IMG/VR virus record: IMGVR_UViG_3300034072_001021
Span: 62,001-126,000 of that record
Length of the DNA: 64,000 nt
Direction: 5' to 3' (one strand)
Part shown: positions 18,201-27,329 of the stretch, one piece after another
Layout of the letters: each line of letters begins with the position of its first letter
How positions within the stretch are numbered: the stretch's first letter is position 1
Notes under the pieces: generated by a model
What the model was told of the DNA's origin: nothing
The model's input: the letters and a program-made list of their open reading frames with translations, nothing else
Databases searched by the model: none
Program-made: the position numbers and the translations under genes

Positions 18201-18719
18201 ATGTCTGTAATATCGATGCGAACCCATTACTTCATTGATGGGCTTGGGTTAGTTCCTCGCGTCAAATCTCTCAACCGGTATCAGGGTCGGGAGTGCTGGC
18301 GCATCACACCCACTAACGACAACGAGCACTACAGCGAGTGTTTCTTCGATTCTGATTATGGCAGTGCAGCTGAAGGTTACAAGGCAGCAATGCGTACGAT
18401 CAAGAAGATCTCAGCGATCATGAAACCGAAGTTCAGAACTATCGTGATGGAGCGTAAAGACAAACGCGTTCCTCTCGGTATGCCTGGACTGATTCTGGTT
18501 ACTCGGAAATCGCTGCACACCGTGAAGTATTACTTCAGGGTCACCAATCCTCTCACTGGCGACTACGATGAGATCTTGATTGGTGATGAGGTGAAAGTAA
18601 TGGCCCATTGGGACATCGCTATCTCTCGTGCTAAAGCACTTCGCCGTAGCATCCTTTACCGCAAGCGTAAACGCGCTAAGTTGGATAAGGGCGACGAGCA
18701 GTACGTCATGTCACTCTGA
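18201..18719 (+). CDS. basic putative DNA-binding protein, tandem AP2-like modules
   Basis: GGGGGTG RBS; two beta-strand-rich units each closing in a helix (YGSAAEGYKAAM; IG...AISRAKALR); very K/R-rich. Confidence 0.5.
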   Translation: MSVISMRTHYFIDGLGLVPRVKSLNRYQGRECWRITPTNDNEHYSECFFDSDYGSAAEGYKAAMRTIKKISAIMKPKFRTIVMERKDKRVPLGMPGLILVTRKSLHTVKYYFRVTNPLTGDYDEILIGDEVKVMAHWDIAISRAKALRRSILYRKRKRAKLDKGDEQYVMSL

Positions 18720-18754
18720 TAGATACGGGAGGGTTCGCCCTCCCGTGATATCCT

Positions 18755-19135
18755 ATGACAAACCTTTTTATTTTGTCATCTGAGGTAACAACAACTATGG
18801 AACTCTGGGTGTTGTTTGTCGACATAGCCATCATCCTGGTGACGGCTGCGTTGGTCATACTGCTTCACCGGATTCTCATATCGACTAAGCAAGTACGCAT
18901 TACCAAAGCTGCTCAGAAAGCATCTCTTGGTGTCACTGTGATGCTTGCCATCGTCCTTTCAACTAGCACTGCCATTGCTGTATTTTCCTACGAATTCAGC
19001 AGCGGCGACCCAATGACTCGAGTGGTCTTCCCTGCCACTGTAGCCATCATCAATTTCATCTTTCAGATTTGCGTGGCTGTGAATTCTGATGCAATCTATA
19101 AGTTCATCCGTAATTTCCCGTACAACGGGAAATAA
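18755..19135 (+). CDS. membrane protein (3 TM)
   Basis: Three hydrophobic segments. Confidence 0.6.
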   Translation: MTNLFILSSEVTTTMELWVLFVDIAIILVTAALVILLHRILISTKQVRITKAAQKASLGVTVMLAIVLSTSTAIAVFSYEFSSGDPMTRVVFPATVAIINFIFQICVAVNSDAIYKFIRNFPYNGK

Positions 19136-19204
19136 AGAGGGAGGGTTCGCCCTCCCTCTATGTCCGTCTATCATGTGATGAATACTTAACCCTTCGAGGC
19201 CACC

Positions 19205-19837
19205 ATGAGTCGTCTGACCCCACCGATGGGTATCTCGGGTTCGTTTATACTGCGCGCGCCCTTTACAGTAGATGCCAACAAGATTTACACCGTAGTTGCT
19301 CTACGGACGTTCTCCGAACTGGTAGCACGTAAACAAGACCCAATGAAACTGGTCTATGAACCAGTCGGTCTCACGGCTACTGCCTACAGCGAAGACCAGC
19401 TCGACGGTGCTCTGGTTGTCTGTCTGCGTGACAAGACTGGTGCACTCACTTACGTCCCGGACACATACATCGAACGCTACCCCAACATGGGTAGCATCAA
19501 GTACAGTCGTTTGGTGCTCGGTGTGTCGATGGGTATGTGGCCTGACTCCCGCGATATCACAGATGTCAAACAAGCCATCATCGAGTCTGTCAACTCCAAG
19601 ATTGGTGTGACTCCTCAGATTTTCGTTGGCAAAGCACTGACCAGTGATTTTGTGTCTGAGCAACAACATGCCCAGTTGACCCAGGCTCGCATGAACGCAG
19701 TCACCAACCGTGAGACGAGTACAGCGACCATCATCCGCCTGTCGGACACGATTGCTCAACGTGATGCAACTATCGCTGAACAAGAACTCATGATTGAAGC
19801 TCTGATCCAAGAGAACAATCAGTTGCGCGGTAACTGA
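19205..19837 (+). CDS. putative virion structural protein
   Basis: GAGG RBS; conserved phiKZ-like gene next to DnaB; C-terminal coiled coil. Confidence 0.65.
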   Translation: MSRLTPPMGISGSFILRAPFTVDANKIYTVVALRTFSELVARKQDPMKLVYEPVGLTATAYSEDQLDGALVVCLRDKTGALTYVPDTYIERYPNMGSIKYSRLVLGVSMGMWPDSRDITDVKQAIIESVNSKIGVTPQIFVGKALTSDFVSEQQHAQLTQARMNAVTNRETSTATIIRLSDTIAQRDATIAEQELMIEALIQENNQLRGN

Positions 19838-19870
19838 GACGGCATAGAGGAGGGGCGGTGCCCCTCCTCG

Positions 19871-21436
19871 TTATGCGGCTGCGTTCATTTCATCAATGTC
19901 ATCCCAATGCAGGCCACCGCCAGCACTGTTAGGCTTACCACCGACTACTTTGTAGCTCAGGTCGTCATCCAGATCGAAGTCGTAACGGATACCGTACATC
20001 GGATGATCCGAGAACTTCATGACGAAGTACTTGTGAGCTTCCGGAGTAGGCTCTACTACGCCGCGGTGTTTGCCCCAGAGGTATTCTAGGTAAGCACCAT
20101 CGTTGACGGTCTGTTTGTTGACATAGAACTCCCAATCCACTTCGGTATCCAGCTTCTTACAGCCCTGATAGTAACCGCCACCAGGTAGCATGCGGATGAA
20201 CTTGGTAGGTTCGACCCGCTTTTCTTCTTTTGCCTGTGTAGACAACTGATGCGCTGTAATCTGAAGGATCTTCTCAGCTGACGTATATTCACGAACTCGT
20301 TTGTAGAGGTCTTGAAGATCATCGCCAGTCGCACCTTGCACACAACCGTCTTTGCTGTACATGGCCAAGTAGTCAATGATGGATACACAGACTTCGTAGC
20401 CTTTGGCTTTGTACTGCTCTAGGTGACGGATGTACTTGGCGTAAGTGAACTCGGAACCTTTAATACGATGGAGTTCGACTTCCCAACCGCGTGCCCGTAG
20501 TTTGGACATCACGTATTCGGTCGCTTCAATCGGATCAAGACCCTTGACCGATACCGCATGACCCAGTTCAAGCTGCTTGAGGATCACGTAGATCTTCTGG
20601 ATGATGATTGGGACATCGTCCTCGGTACTGTAGAACAATACCAGCGGCTTCTTGCTGGGGTCGAACAGGAACGGGTCGTTGTAGATGCACGTACCAATGA
20701 ACAGGTCGAGGAGAGTACCTGACTTGTTGTTGTGTGGTAGAGCGTTCACAAGACCGAATTCGCCACGACGTGCACCACCCTGCACACCCATCATCCGGTT
20801 CAATCCCTTGAAGGGGAACTTGATGATGCCCTCGGTACTCAAGGACTTGTTCATGTCCTCAAACGCTGCGGCTACCGACTTAGCACAACTGAAGTCTACC
20901 GAGGTGATAAAGGCTGGGTCAACACGCTCTTCAGTCTCCATATCAACAGACAGGAGATCTTGAGCAGTTTGCAGAACGAAGGTATCCCAGTCTTCTACTT
21001 CTGCTTCCCGGAAGGAGAGTGTATAGGATGCCTTCTTGATGATGTCGTGAAGTTTGTCACGGCTTTTATAACGACGGATCTCTCGAGAAATGTCGTTGAT
21101 GTGTCTCCGGATGACCGACTCATCGGGATAACGACGGATGATTTTCTCGAAGGCTTTATAGGTGGTATCGTCGTGCTGAGTGTTGAGGCGCAGACGCTGC
21201 AACAACGAATCTGCGTCATATCTCTGTGAAGCACCTTCGTTGAGCATCCACAACACGGTGGTACGCAGGTTGGCAAGCGTATTCCTGCCGTCTCCGAGTT
21301 CACCGATGGTTTCCGGAAGCTTGATTTGGCTGAGTATGTCTCGAATCATTTTCGGATTGCCGGACGAATATCCTTCAATCTGACTTTCGAGATACAACAG
21401 CGACACGGATTTAACTAGAAAAAGTTTGACGTCCAT
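19871..21436 (-). CDS. dnaB: DnaB-like replicative helicase (phiKZ gp118-like)
   Basis: GLNRMMG..GG.RRGE, variant Walker A ALPHNNKSG, IIDYL Walker B, ITAHQLS, KHRG; synteny with the major capsid gene. Confidence 0.88.
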   Translation of the reverse strand: MDVKLFLVKSVSLLYLESQIEGYSSGNPKMIRDILSQIKLPETIGELGDGRNTLANLRTTVLWMLNEGASQRYDADSLLQRLRLNTQHDDTTYKAFEKIIRRYPDESVIRRHINDISREIRRYKSRDKLHDIIKKASYTLSFREAEVEDWDTFVLQTAQDLLSVDMETEERVDPAFITSVDFSCAKSVAAAFEDMNKSLSTEGIIKFPFKGLNRMMGVQGGARRGEFGLVNALPHNNKSGTLLDLFIGTCIYNDPFLFDPSKKPLVLFYSTEDDVPIIIQKIYVILKQLELGHAVSVKGLDPIEATEYVMSKLRARGWEVELHRIKGSEFTYAKYIRHLEQYKAKGYEVCVSIIDYLAMYSKDGCVQGATGDDLQDLYKRVREYTSAEKILQITAHQLSTQAKEEKRVEPTKFIRMLPGGGYYQGCKKLDTEVDWEFYVNKQTVNDGAYLEYLWGKHRGVVEPTPEAHKYFVMKFSDHPMYGIRYDFDLDDDLSYKVVGGKPNSAGGGLHWDDIDEMNAAA

Positions 21437-21475
21437 TTACACCCGACCCAAACAGCTCGTAAGAGGTAAGTTCTG

Positions 21476-22009
21476 ATGAGCAACATCAACATGGTCATCG
21501 TGCCCGTCTGGCTCAACCTCATTCAGAAGGAGCTGGGCATCGCCGATGCTGATTTTGCAAACTATGAAAAGATTTCTGGCATACTATCGCCTCGAGATCT
21601 TTTGATTTACAAGATGGCCAACTTCCAAGCTGAAGATATCCTCGGCTGGGTAGGTGGTTATCAGAAGGCAGGTAAGGTTCACTTCGATTTTGGTTCGGTA
21701 GTTCCGTCTCCGACTCTCGAAGAACTTGCCAGTATGGCCAACGCCTCGGTTGAGACTTTGGCTATCGGTGCGACCTCTGCTGAAGTAGATGCGCCGTACG
21801 TCAGTGTCGAACTCGCCGACACCGAACTACTGGTGATTCGTCTATGGCCGGCGCATTCTGCTCCGGATAGTGTGAAACAAAGCGAAGGTTGCGTCGCTAC
21901 CAAGATGGTGAAGGCTCTTCATGGCCGGATCGATCTGAGTAAGCTCGCAAACACGGTTGCTTTCAGACGGTACGTGGATCACGTACAAAATAACTCGGTA
22001 TTCTATTGA
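21476..22009 (+). CDS. hypothetical protein upstream of the major capsid gene
   Basis: AGAGGT RBS; fills the gap between dnaB and MCP. Confidence 0.65.
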   Translation: MSNINMVIVPVWLNLIQKELGIADADFANYEKISGILSPRDLLIYKMANFQAEDILGWVGGYQKAGKVHFDFGSVVPSPTLEELASMANASVETLAIGATSAEVDAPYVSVELADTELLVIRLWPAHSAPDSVKQSEGCVATKMVKALHGRIDLSKLANTVAFRRYVDHVQNNSVFY

Positions 22010-22032
22010 CAGACTGTCAAAGTCTGCAATGG

Positions 22033-22038
22033 TATGCA
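22033..22038 (+). promoter_or_regulatory. TATG-type late promoter candidate for the capsid gene
   Basis: TATGCA about 95 nt upstream of MCP; phiKZ late promoters carry TATG at the start site. Confidence 0.35.
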
Positions 22039-22129
22039 GAACGTACGTTATACTGGGGTAACGGAGATGGAAACCTCGGTATTTCGTGCTAACCGCAGCT
22101 AAGCTGCACTTTTCCCCGCGGAGAAAACA

Positions 22130-24364
22130 ATGAGTGTAATCGGCAAGCAGGCCCGTACTGCCCAGCAAGCGCTGGCGGACCAGGCCAAGACTCTTCAACA
22201 GATGTACAAGCAGGGCGCCATCAGCGGCAACGTCGGTGTGGCCTCGATGGAATCTCTGAACGAGATCGATCGTGAGAACCTGATCACCTCCATGGAAAGT
22301 ATCGGCCAGCAGCTGACCGCTTCCCTGGAAAGCCACGGCGAGCAGCTGACCCAGGCCCAGATCGACGCCACTGCCGTGATCGGTATGGCTTCGCAAGATC
22401 CGGCCAAGTACGCCTCCGCCGCTCTGGCCATCTCCGACATGAGCGCTCCGCGCGTCGGTTCCGTGGTTTCCGTCGAGTCCATGGGCGACTTCGACTTCCA
22501 CGAGAAAGCCGTTCCGTCGATGGAAGCCTTCGACAACAGCAACCTGACCGACTTCATCGGTCTGTCCATGGTGTACAACCAGAAAGCGGCCAAGCAAGGC
22601 GAGTTCGCTGAAGGTTTCTACCGCACCGTGATCCTGACCCCCGAGCAGGGCGGTGCCGACGTAACCATCCGTTCGCACCTGGTTCTGAACCACTTCCTGC
22701 ACAACACCCGTGGCGACCACGCTGACTTCAAGCAGAAGCGCCTGCTCGAAGCTGCCATCAACTACAAGATCCTGGCTGACCACAGCACCGATCTGGTTCC
22801 CGAGCGTCATGCCGGTAACGAAGATCTGTTCGTCGGCGCTGGCGTAGTTGAGCCGCGTTCCGTCGACCTGGGCAACCGTACCGTCGTTACCGCTCCGCTG
22901 CTCGTCGGCAAGCGCGTCAACCTGGTAGGTCTGGCTCAGAACACCCTCGTGAAGATCGCCGGTCAGGCCAACCAGACCGATGCTCTGGATCGCTCCGTTG
23001 GCGTCAAGACCCTGTACGTCCGTAAGGGCGACACCGACGTCCTGGCCTTCGACATCCAGAACATGCCGCGTGCGCACTTCATCAAGGGCAACCAGGGTCT
23101 GGCCCGCGAACTGGAACTGAATTTCCGTACCAGCTCGCTGCAGATCAACGCCAAGTCCGTGAACTACAAGGGCGAAGCTCTGACCAACCCGATCCTGCAG
23201 CAGATCGTCTCGGGCGGCTACACCGTCACCCTGAACGTGATCGCTACCGGTAACGTCGATACCGAGAAAGCCAACGCCATCGTGCAGGCTGCTCCGATCA
23301 ACGTCGAGAAGGTCGTCAACGCCGCTGGTGAAGTTCTGTCCCTGACCGAAGCCGGTCCGGGCCGTGACATCGCTCAAGGTCTGGCTGATCTGGCCGTCAT
23401 CGGCTGGGAACCGAACGCTCGTCTGTCCAACGCCAACCGCCGTCTGCGCGGTCTGCAGCTGAACAGCTCCGAGTACACCGAGCGCTACCCGGTATACCTG
23501 GGCAGCCCGCTGTCGATCCCGAGCCCGCTGGCCGAACAACGCGGCATGGCCGACATCGACCTGCTGGTCACCGCAGCTCGTCTGCGTAACGACAACAACG
23601 CCATCACCACTCTGCTGCGTTTCGCAGACGGCCTGGCTCGTTGGAAGTTCCTGACCGGTTCCGTCGACGCCGACGACCTGCTGCCGGAAGTGGAAGGCAT
23701 CGCTCGCTTCCTGGTCCGTCCGTGGTTCCGTGAACGCACCATCGACCTCCGCACTCTGGTACGCAGCCTGCGTTCCTACGAGCGCGTGCAGGACATCCAA
23801 GCTGCACTGGGCAACGTGCTGCGTAGCGACATCCAGGACGCCGTTCTGGAAACCAACTACCGCACCGCTCTGGATGCCTACACCGGCTACACCGGCGAGC
23901 AGATCAACGTGCTGATCGGTTCCGATCCGAAGACCGCTTCGTTCATCCTGAAGGACGGCGACAGCCGCACCCTGGGCGACGACATCACCTTCGAGAAGGT
24001 GACCACTGTCGACCAGCGCGTCCGTCACACCATCTTCTGGACCTTCAAGCGCAAGTCGGAAGGCCTGGACCCGCTGAACTGCGGTACCCACCTCTGGATT
24101 CCGGAGCTGATCTCCCACGTGAACGTTTCGCGTGACGAGACCCAGATCCGCGAGGCCATGGTACAGCCGCGCAACCGTCACATCAACCACCTGCCGATCC
24201 TCGGCAAGATCAACGTGGTCGGTCTGAACGAAGTACTGTCGGAGGGCTGGACCATCCCGGTCCAGACATTTCCCGGTAACGGCTCCGACGCCGACGCCGG
24301 TGCCGGCGGTGACACTGGCGGCGCTGATGCCGGCGGTGATACCGGCGCTGGAACTCAGCCCTAA
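22130..24364 (+). CDS. major capsid protein (phiKZ gp120-like)
   Basis: 744 aa; extreme high-expression codon bias; propeptide with repeated S-x-E sites ending PSME|AFD; QGEFAEGFYRTVILTP; HLWIPEL, QPRNRHINHLP; strong terminator after it. Confidence 0.92.
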   Translation: MSVIGKQARTAQQALADQAKTLQQMYKQGAISGNVGVASMESLNEIDRENLITSMESIGQQLTASLESHGEQLTQAQIDATAVIGMASQDPAKYASAALAISDMSAPRVGSVVSVESMGDFDFHEKAVPSMEAFDNSNLTDFIGLSMVYNQKAAKQGEFAEGFYRTVILTPEQGGADVTIRSHLVLNHFLHNTRGDHADFKQKRLLEAAINYKILADHSTDLVPERHAGNEDLFVGAGVVEPRSVDLGNRTVVTAPLLVGKRVNLVGLAQNTLVKIAGQANQTDALDRSVGVKTLYVRKGDTDVLAFDIQNMPRAHFIKGNQGLARELELNFRTSSLQINAKSVNYKGEALTNPILQQIVSGGYTVTLNVIATGNVDTEKANAIVQAAPINVEKVVNAAGEVLSLTEAGPGRDIAQGLADLAVIGWEPNARLSNANRRLRGLQLNSSEYTERYPVYLGSPLSIPSPLAEQRGMADIDLLVTAARLRNDNNAITTLLRFADGLARWKFLTGSVDADDLLPEVEGIARFLVRPWFRERTIDLRTLVRSLRSYERVQDIQAALGNVLRSDIQDAVLETNYRTALDAYTGYTGEQINVLIGSDPKTASFILKDGDSRTLGDDITFEKVTTVDQRVRHTIFWTFKRKSEGLDPLNCGTHLWIPELISHVNVSRDETQIREAMVQPRNRHINHLPILGKINVVGLNEVLSEGWTIPVQTFPGNGSDADAGAGGDTGGADAGGDTGAGTQP

Positions 24365-24391
24365 TCCGTAAGGGTTAGCTGAGGTCAAATT

Positions 24392-24437
24392 AGAGCAGGG
24401 GACCGAAGTCCCCTGCTCTTTTATTTATTTCTTTTTT
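24392..24437 (+). terminator. intrinsic terminator after MCP
   Basis: AGAGCAGGGGAC-CGAA-GTCCCCTGCTCT plus a long T tract. Confidence 0.85.
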
Positions 24438-24441
24438 ACCG

Positions 24442-24470
24442 TTCGACTCAAGCTCATTCTGACAATACAT
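24442..24470 (+). promoter_or_regulatory. bipartite promoter-like motif TTCGACT-N14-CAATACAT
   Basis: Same spacing as the copies at 42040-42068 and 43210-43238. Confidence 0.5.
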
Positions 24471-24541
24471 TATAAATCTGCAAACAGACATGAAGCATTA
24501 GCATAAATGCCATGTTAAAATTTAAATAAGGGACATTCCCT

Positions 24542-25660
24542 ATGCATGAGTTTTCACGAGTCGATAATCACGCCCACCTCAGCGGTAAAAGCGGTTACAA
24601 CAGCGGCAAGGCTATCCTGCCTTTCCAAACCAAGAATGCTACCCGGATTCGGGGAGCGAGTCGTTTGCATGAAAACGGCATAAAGGGTACTCCGGTAGTT
24701 ACAGCTCAGTACTATAACTACACGGATCGTGATTTAGTCGTTACTACTCGTGACGGCACTTCTGTCATGATCCCTCCTGTGGGGGATTATTCGGCAGACG
24801 AGTTCATTGTGTGTGTTACCCACTCGATGACTCGGCAAGCGATGGAACGCGCATTGGACACCCTTCGTAGTAAAACCAACCAGGACGACCGCGAGGTCAT
24901 GTGCTGGATACGGGCCTACGAGATCTCCCTGTTTAACAACACCCACCAGATGCTGGCTGCCAGTGTCGAATACATTGTCTACAGTCGTGACTTGTGTGAC
25001 GCCGCTGGGCGTTGCTATATGCCCGATGTCGACTTGTTGGTGGAGTGGTTAGCTGACCATGGTTCGACGCACCCCTTTGATAAGTCCAAACGTGATGAGG
25101 CAACTCTTCAGCATCTGACTCCAGGTGCTGGCGAGAATACGTTTGTGTTCATGATCAAGGCGGTGGATAACGCAAGTCAAGTGCAACGTGCGACTCGCTA
25201 TGTCAACTTTGGTGGTCAGATTTTCATGGTACCGATTGAGCGCGATCCGTGCTACCCAACCGGTGTACATGTCATCTCCAGGGCGCCCATCAGGGACGGT
25301 ACTCACGTGTCTGACATCATCAGCAAAACCTATACGTTCGAGGAGGCCGATAAGCGGTTCGGTCTTCACATGAGCGTAGAGGAAGCTGAAATTGGCGGAC
25401 CCTTCCACGACATGGCCAAGATCATTGTTGAGCGCGAGTCAGTCGAGAAGCGAGTCGAAGAAGCCAGAATAAGGACAGAGCAGCTGGGGGCTGACATCAT
25501 CGTTCAACGACTGAAGAACGAAGGTGCCATCTCGAAAGCCATCCAGGACAAGGATGCAGCCGATCGGCGTAACTACGTCGAGTGGGCTAAGACAGCTGCA
25601 GCATTGCTAGGGGCGGCAGTAACCATTTACGGGATTCTGTCGAGTTTGACATCTAAGTGA
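24542..25660 (+). CDS. conserved phiKZ-like hypothetical protein with C-terminal coiled coil and hydrophobic tail
   Basis: AAGGGA RBS; lies between MCP and the RNAP subunit as in phiKZ-like genomes. Confidence 0.7.
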   Translation: MHEFSRVDNHAHLSGKSGYNSGKAILPFQTKNATRIRGASRLHENGIKGTPVVTAQYYNYTDRDLVVTTRDGTSVMIPPVGDYSADEFIVCVTHSMTRQAMERALDTLRSKTNQDDREVMCWIRAYEISLFNNTHQMLAASVEYIVYSRDLCDAAGRCYMPDVDLLVEWLADHGSTHPFDKSKRDEATLQHLTPGAGENTFVFMIKAVDNASQVQRATRYVNFGGQIFMVPIERDPCYPTGVHVISRAPIRDGTHVSDIISKTYTFEEADKRFGLHMSVEEAEIGGPFHDMAKIIVERESVEKRVEEARIRTEQLGADIIVQRLKNEGAISKAIQDKDAADRRNYVEWAKTAAALLGAAVTIYGILSSLTSK

Positions 25661-25669
25661 AGGTTAACC

Positions 25670-27313
25670 ATGGACGCTTCTCTATTCGAGTTTTCCCATC
25701 GCAAACGGGCACCGGTCTTTAACCAGGATGTCGTTAAAGGCATTGCCGTCAAAGACGTGCCTTTCTCGAAGTCGTATATCGACAACATCATTCGCTGCGG
25801 TGAGGACCAGTATCCGGATGGTTTCGAATACATCGGAAGTGAAGTGTGTGACCCCCTGACGGAATACAACACCATTACCCGTGTGCGCGCCGGTAGCAAC
25901 CGCGTGTACGACATTGCGCGTAGTGACGTGCGTCTGGTGAAATACCGCTTTAGCCTTCATGGCAAAGAGCTGGCACCGATGTTCATGTACATTCCGTTTG
26001 TCCGTCAGGCAGGCATGCTTTACGTCTCGGGCAAGCAGTTCGCTGTGGCACCCGTCATGGGTGACATTGCGTTCGAGATCGAAGAAAACAGCGTCTTCAT
26101 CCGTATTCCTCGCGCACCTATCTCGTTCAACCGAGAGAACCACACCATCGTGGTCGACGGTATCCGTACCAAGGACTACGTCGTCCATTCGCTGCTCCAC
26201 AACAAGGGCGGCAAGAAATCGCGCAGTAAGTCGGATCTGATCCGCATGGGCAAGGTGTACAGTTCGATGCCGCATTACTTGTTCTGCAAGTTCGGCGTCA
26301 CGGGTGCGTTTGAGAAATACTGCGGTACACGTCCAGTGATCACGACAGAATCGGAATACGATCCGGTGAAGTTTCCGCCTGAGCACTGGGTGAAGGTCTC
26401 CTCTCTGAAGAAAGCGCCCGACGGCATCAACCCACGCCGTCACTACGCATCGATCGCCACAGATGTGGTGTTGTTGATAGATCGTGGTGCATGGACCGAT
26501 ATGGCGAAGAGCTTTGCAACAGGCTTCTTCTACGTGTTGGACCATTTCCCTGAGTATGCCGAAAAGACCGAGGAGCTTTACGATCCTTGGTGGTGGTGTG
26601 TATTCATGGGTTTCATTCTGTGGAGTGAAGCCAACAAACATGGCAAGCTGGTAGACGAAGTAGAAACACACTTGCGATCTCTTGACGCGTATGTTGACCA
26701 GGAAACGGTCAAGACGCTCGAAGAGGTACAGGTGGAGTGTCATGATTTCTATGACTTGATGGCCTACATCATGCGCGAAATGCAGAACATGCTCGACAGC
26801 AAACGCGGTCGTGAAGCATGTCTGTACAACAAGCGTCTTGAAGTACTGCGCTATCTGCTCCGCAACATCAACAACAGCATGTTCGAGTTTCTGTTCCGTA
26901 TCACTGGCAACAACAAAAAGGAAATGGCGGCAAAAGACTACGAAGAACTCCTCAGGAAGTACTTCCGTCCGTGGCTGATTCATGGCATCAGCTCAGCAGC
27001 AGAGCACCCTGAAGTCTCCTCGGTATCCAACCCGAGTGACAACTACTTCTTCAAGATCACCTCTGTGATTGTTCAGCAGAACGACACACATGGTCGCGGG
27101 AAGAGTCAGGACGCCAAGCCGATTGGCCCGACGATGTATCTCCATTCCTCGTTTGCAGCCGTCACCGGTTTCGGTGTGCTGCCGAAGTCAACACCGATTG
27201 GTAACAACCGGTTCAATCCTTGCGTTAAGCTCGACGAGAAACACACCACTGTGGAGCCCGAAGAGCATAAAGAATCGCTTGACGGTGTACAACGTCTGAT
27301 TCAACGCACCTAA
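25670..27313 (+). CDS. non-virion RNA polymerase beta-subunit fragment (phiKZ gp123-like)
   Basis: Size about 547 aa; position downstream of MCP; N-terminal FNxDVVKG and C-terminal LHSSFA.V...PKSTPIG..RFNP resembling the RNAP beta N-half. Confidence 0.75.
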   Translation: MDASLFEFSHRKRAPVFNQDVVKGIAVKDVPFSKSYIDNIIRCGEDQYPDGFEYIGSEVCDPLTEYNTITRVRAGSNRVYDIARSDVRLVKYRFSLHGKELAPMFMYIPFVRQAGMLYVSGKQFAVAPVMGDIAFEIEENSVFIRIPRAPISFNRENHTIVVDGIRTKDYVVHSLLHNKGGKKSRSKSDLIRMGKVYSSMPHYLFCKFGVTGAFEKYCGTRPVITTESEYDPVKFPPEHWVKVSSLKKAPDGINPRRHYASIATDVVLLIDRGAWTDMAKSFATGFFYVLDHFPEYAEKTEELYDPWWWCVFMGFILWSEANKHGKLVDEVETHLRSLDAYVDQETVKTLEEVQVECHDFYDLMAYIMREMQNMLDSKRGREACLYNKRLEVLRYLLRNINNSMFEFLFRITGNNKKEMAAKDYEELLRKYFRPWLIHGISSAAEHPEVSSVSNPSDNYFFKITSVIVQQNDTHGRGKSQDAKPIGPTMYLHSSFAAVTGFGVLPKSTPIGNNRFNPCVKLDEKHTTVEPEEHKESLDGVQRLIQRT

Positions 27314-27329
27314 TCCAGCTGGAGTAAAC

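Noticed and set aside
20640-20740. Degenerate Walker A (ALPHNNKS) suggesting an inactive DnaB
   Set aside because: As I recall, this variant is typical of phiKZ-like DnaB proteins; the Lys-Ser and the other motifs are intact.
21842-24388. 848-aa minus-strand ORF
   Set aside because: Antisense shadow of the highly biased major capsid gene.
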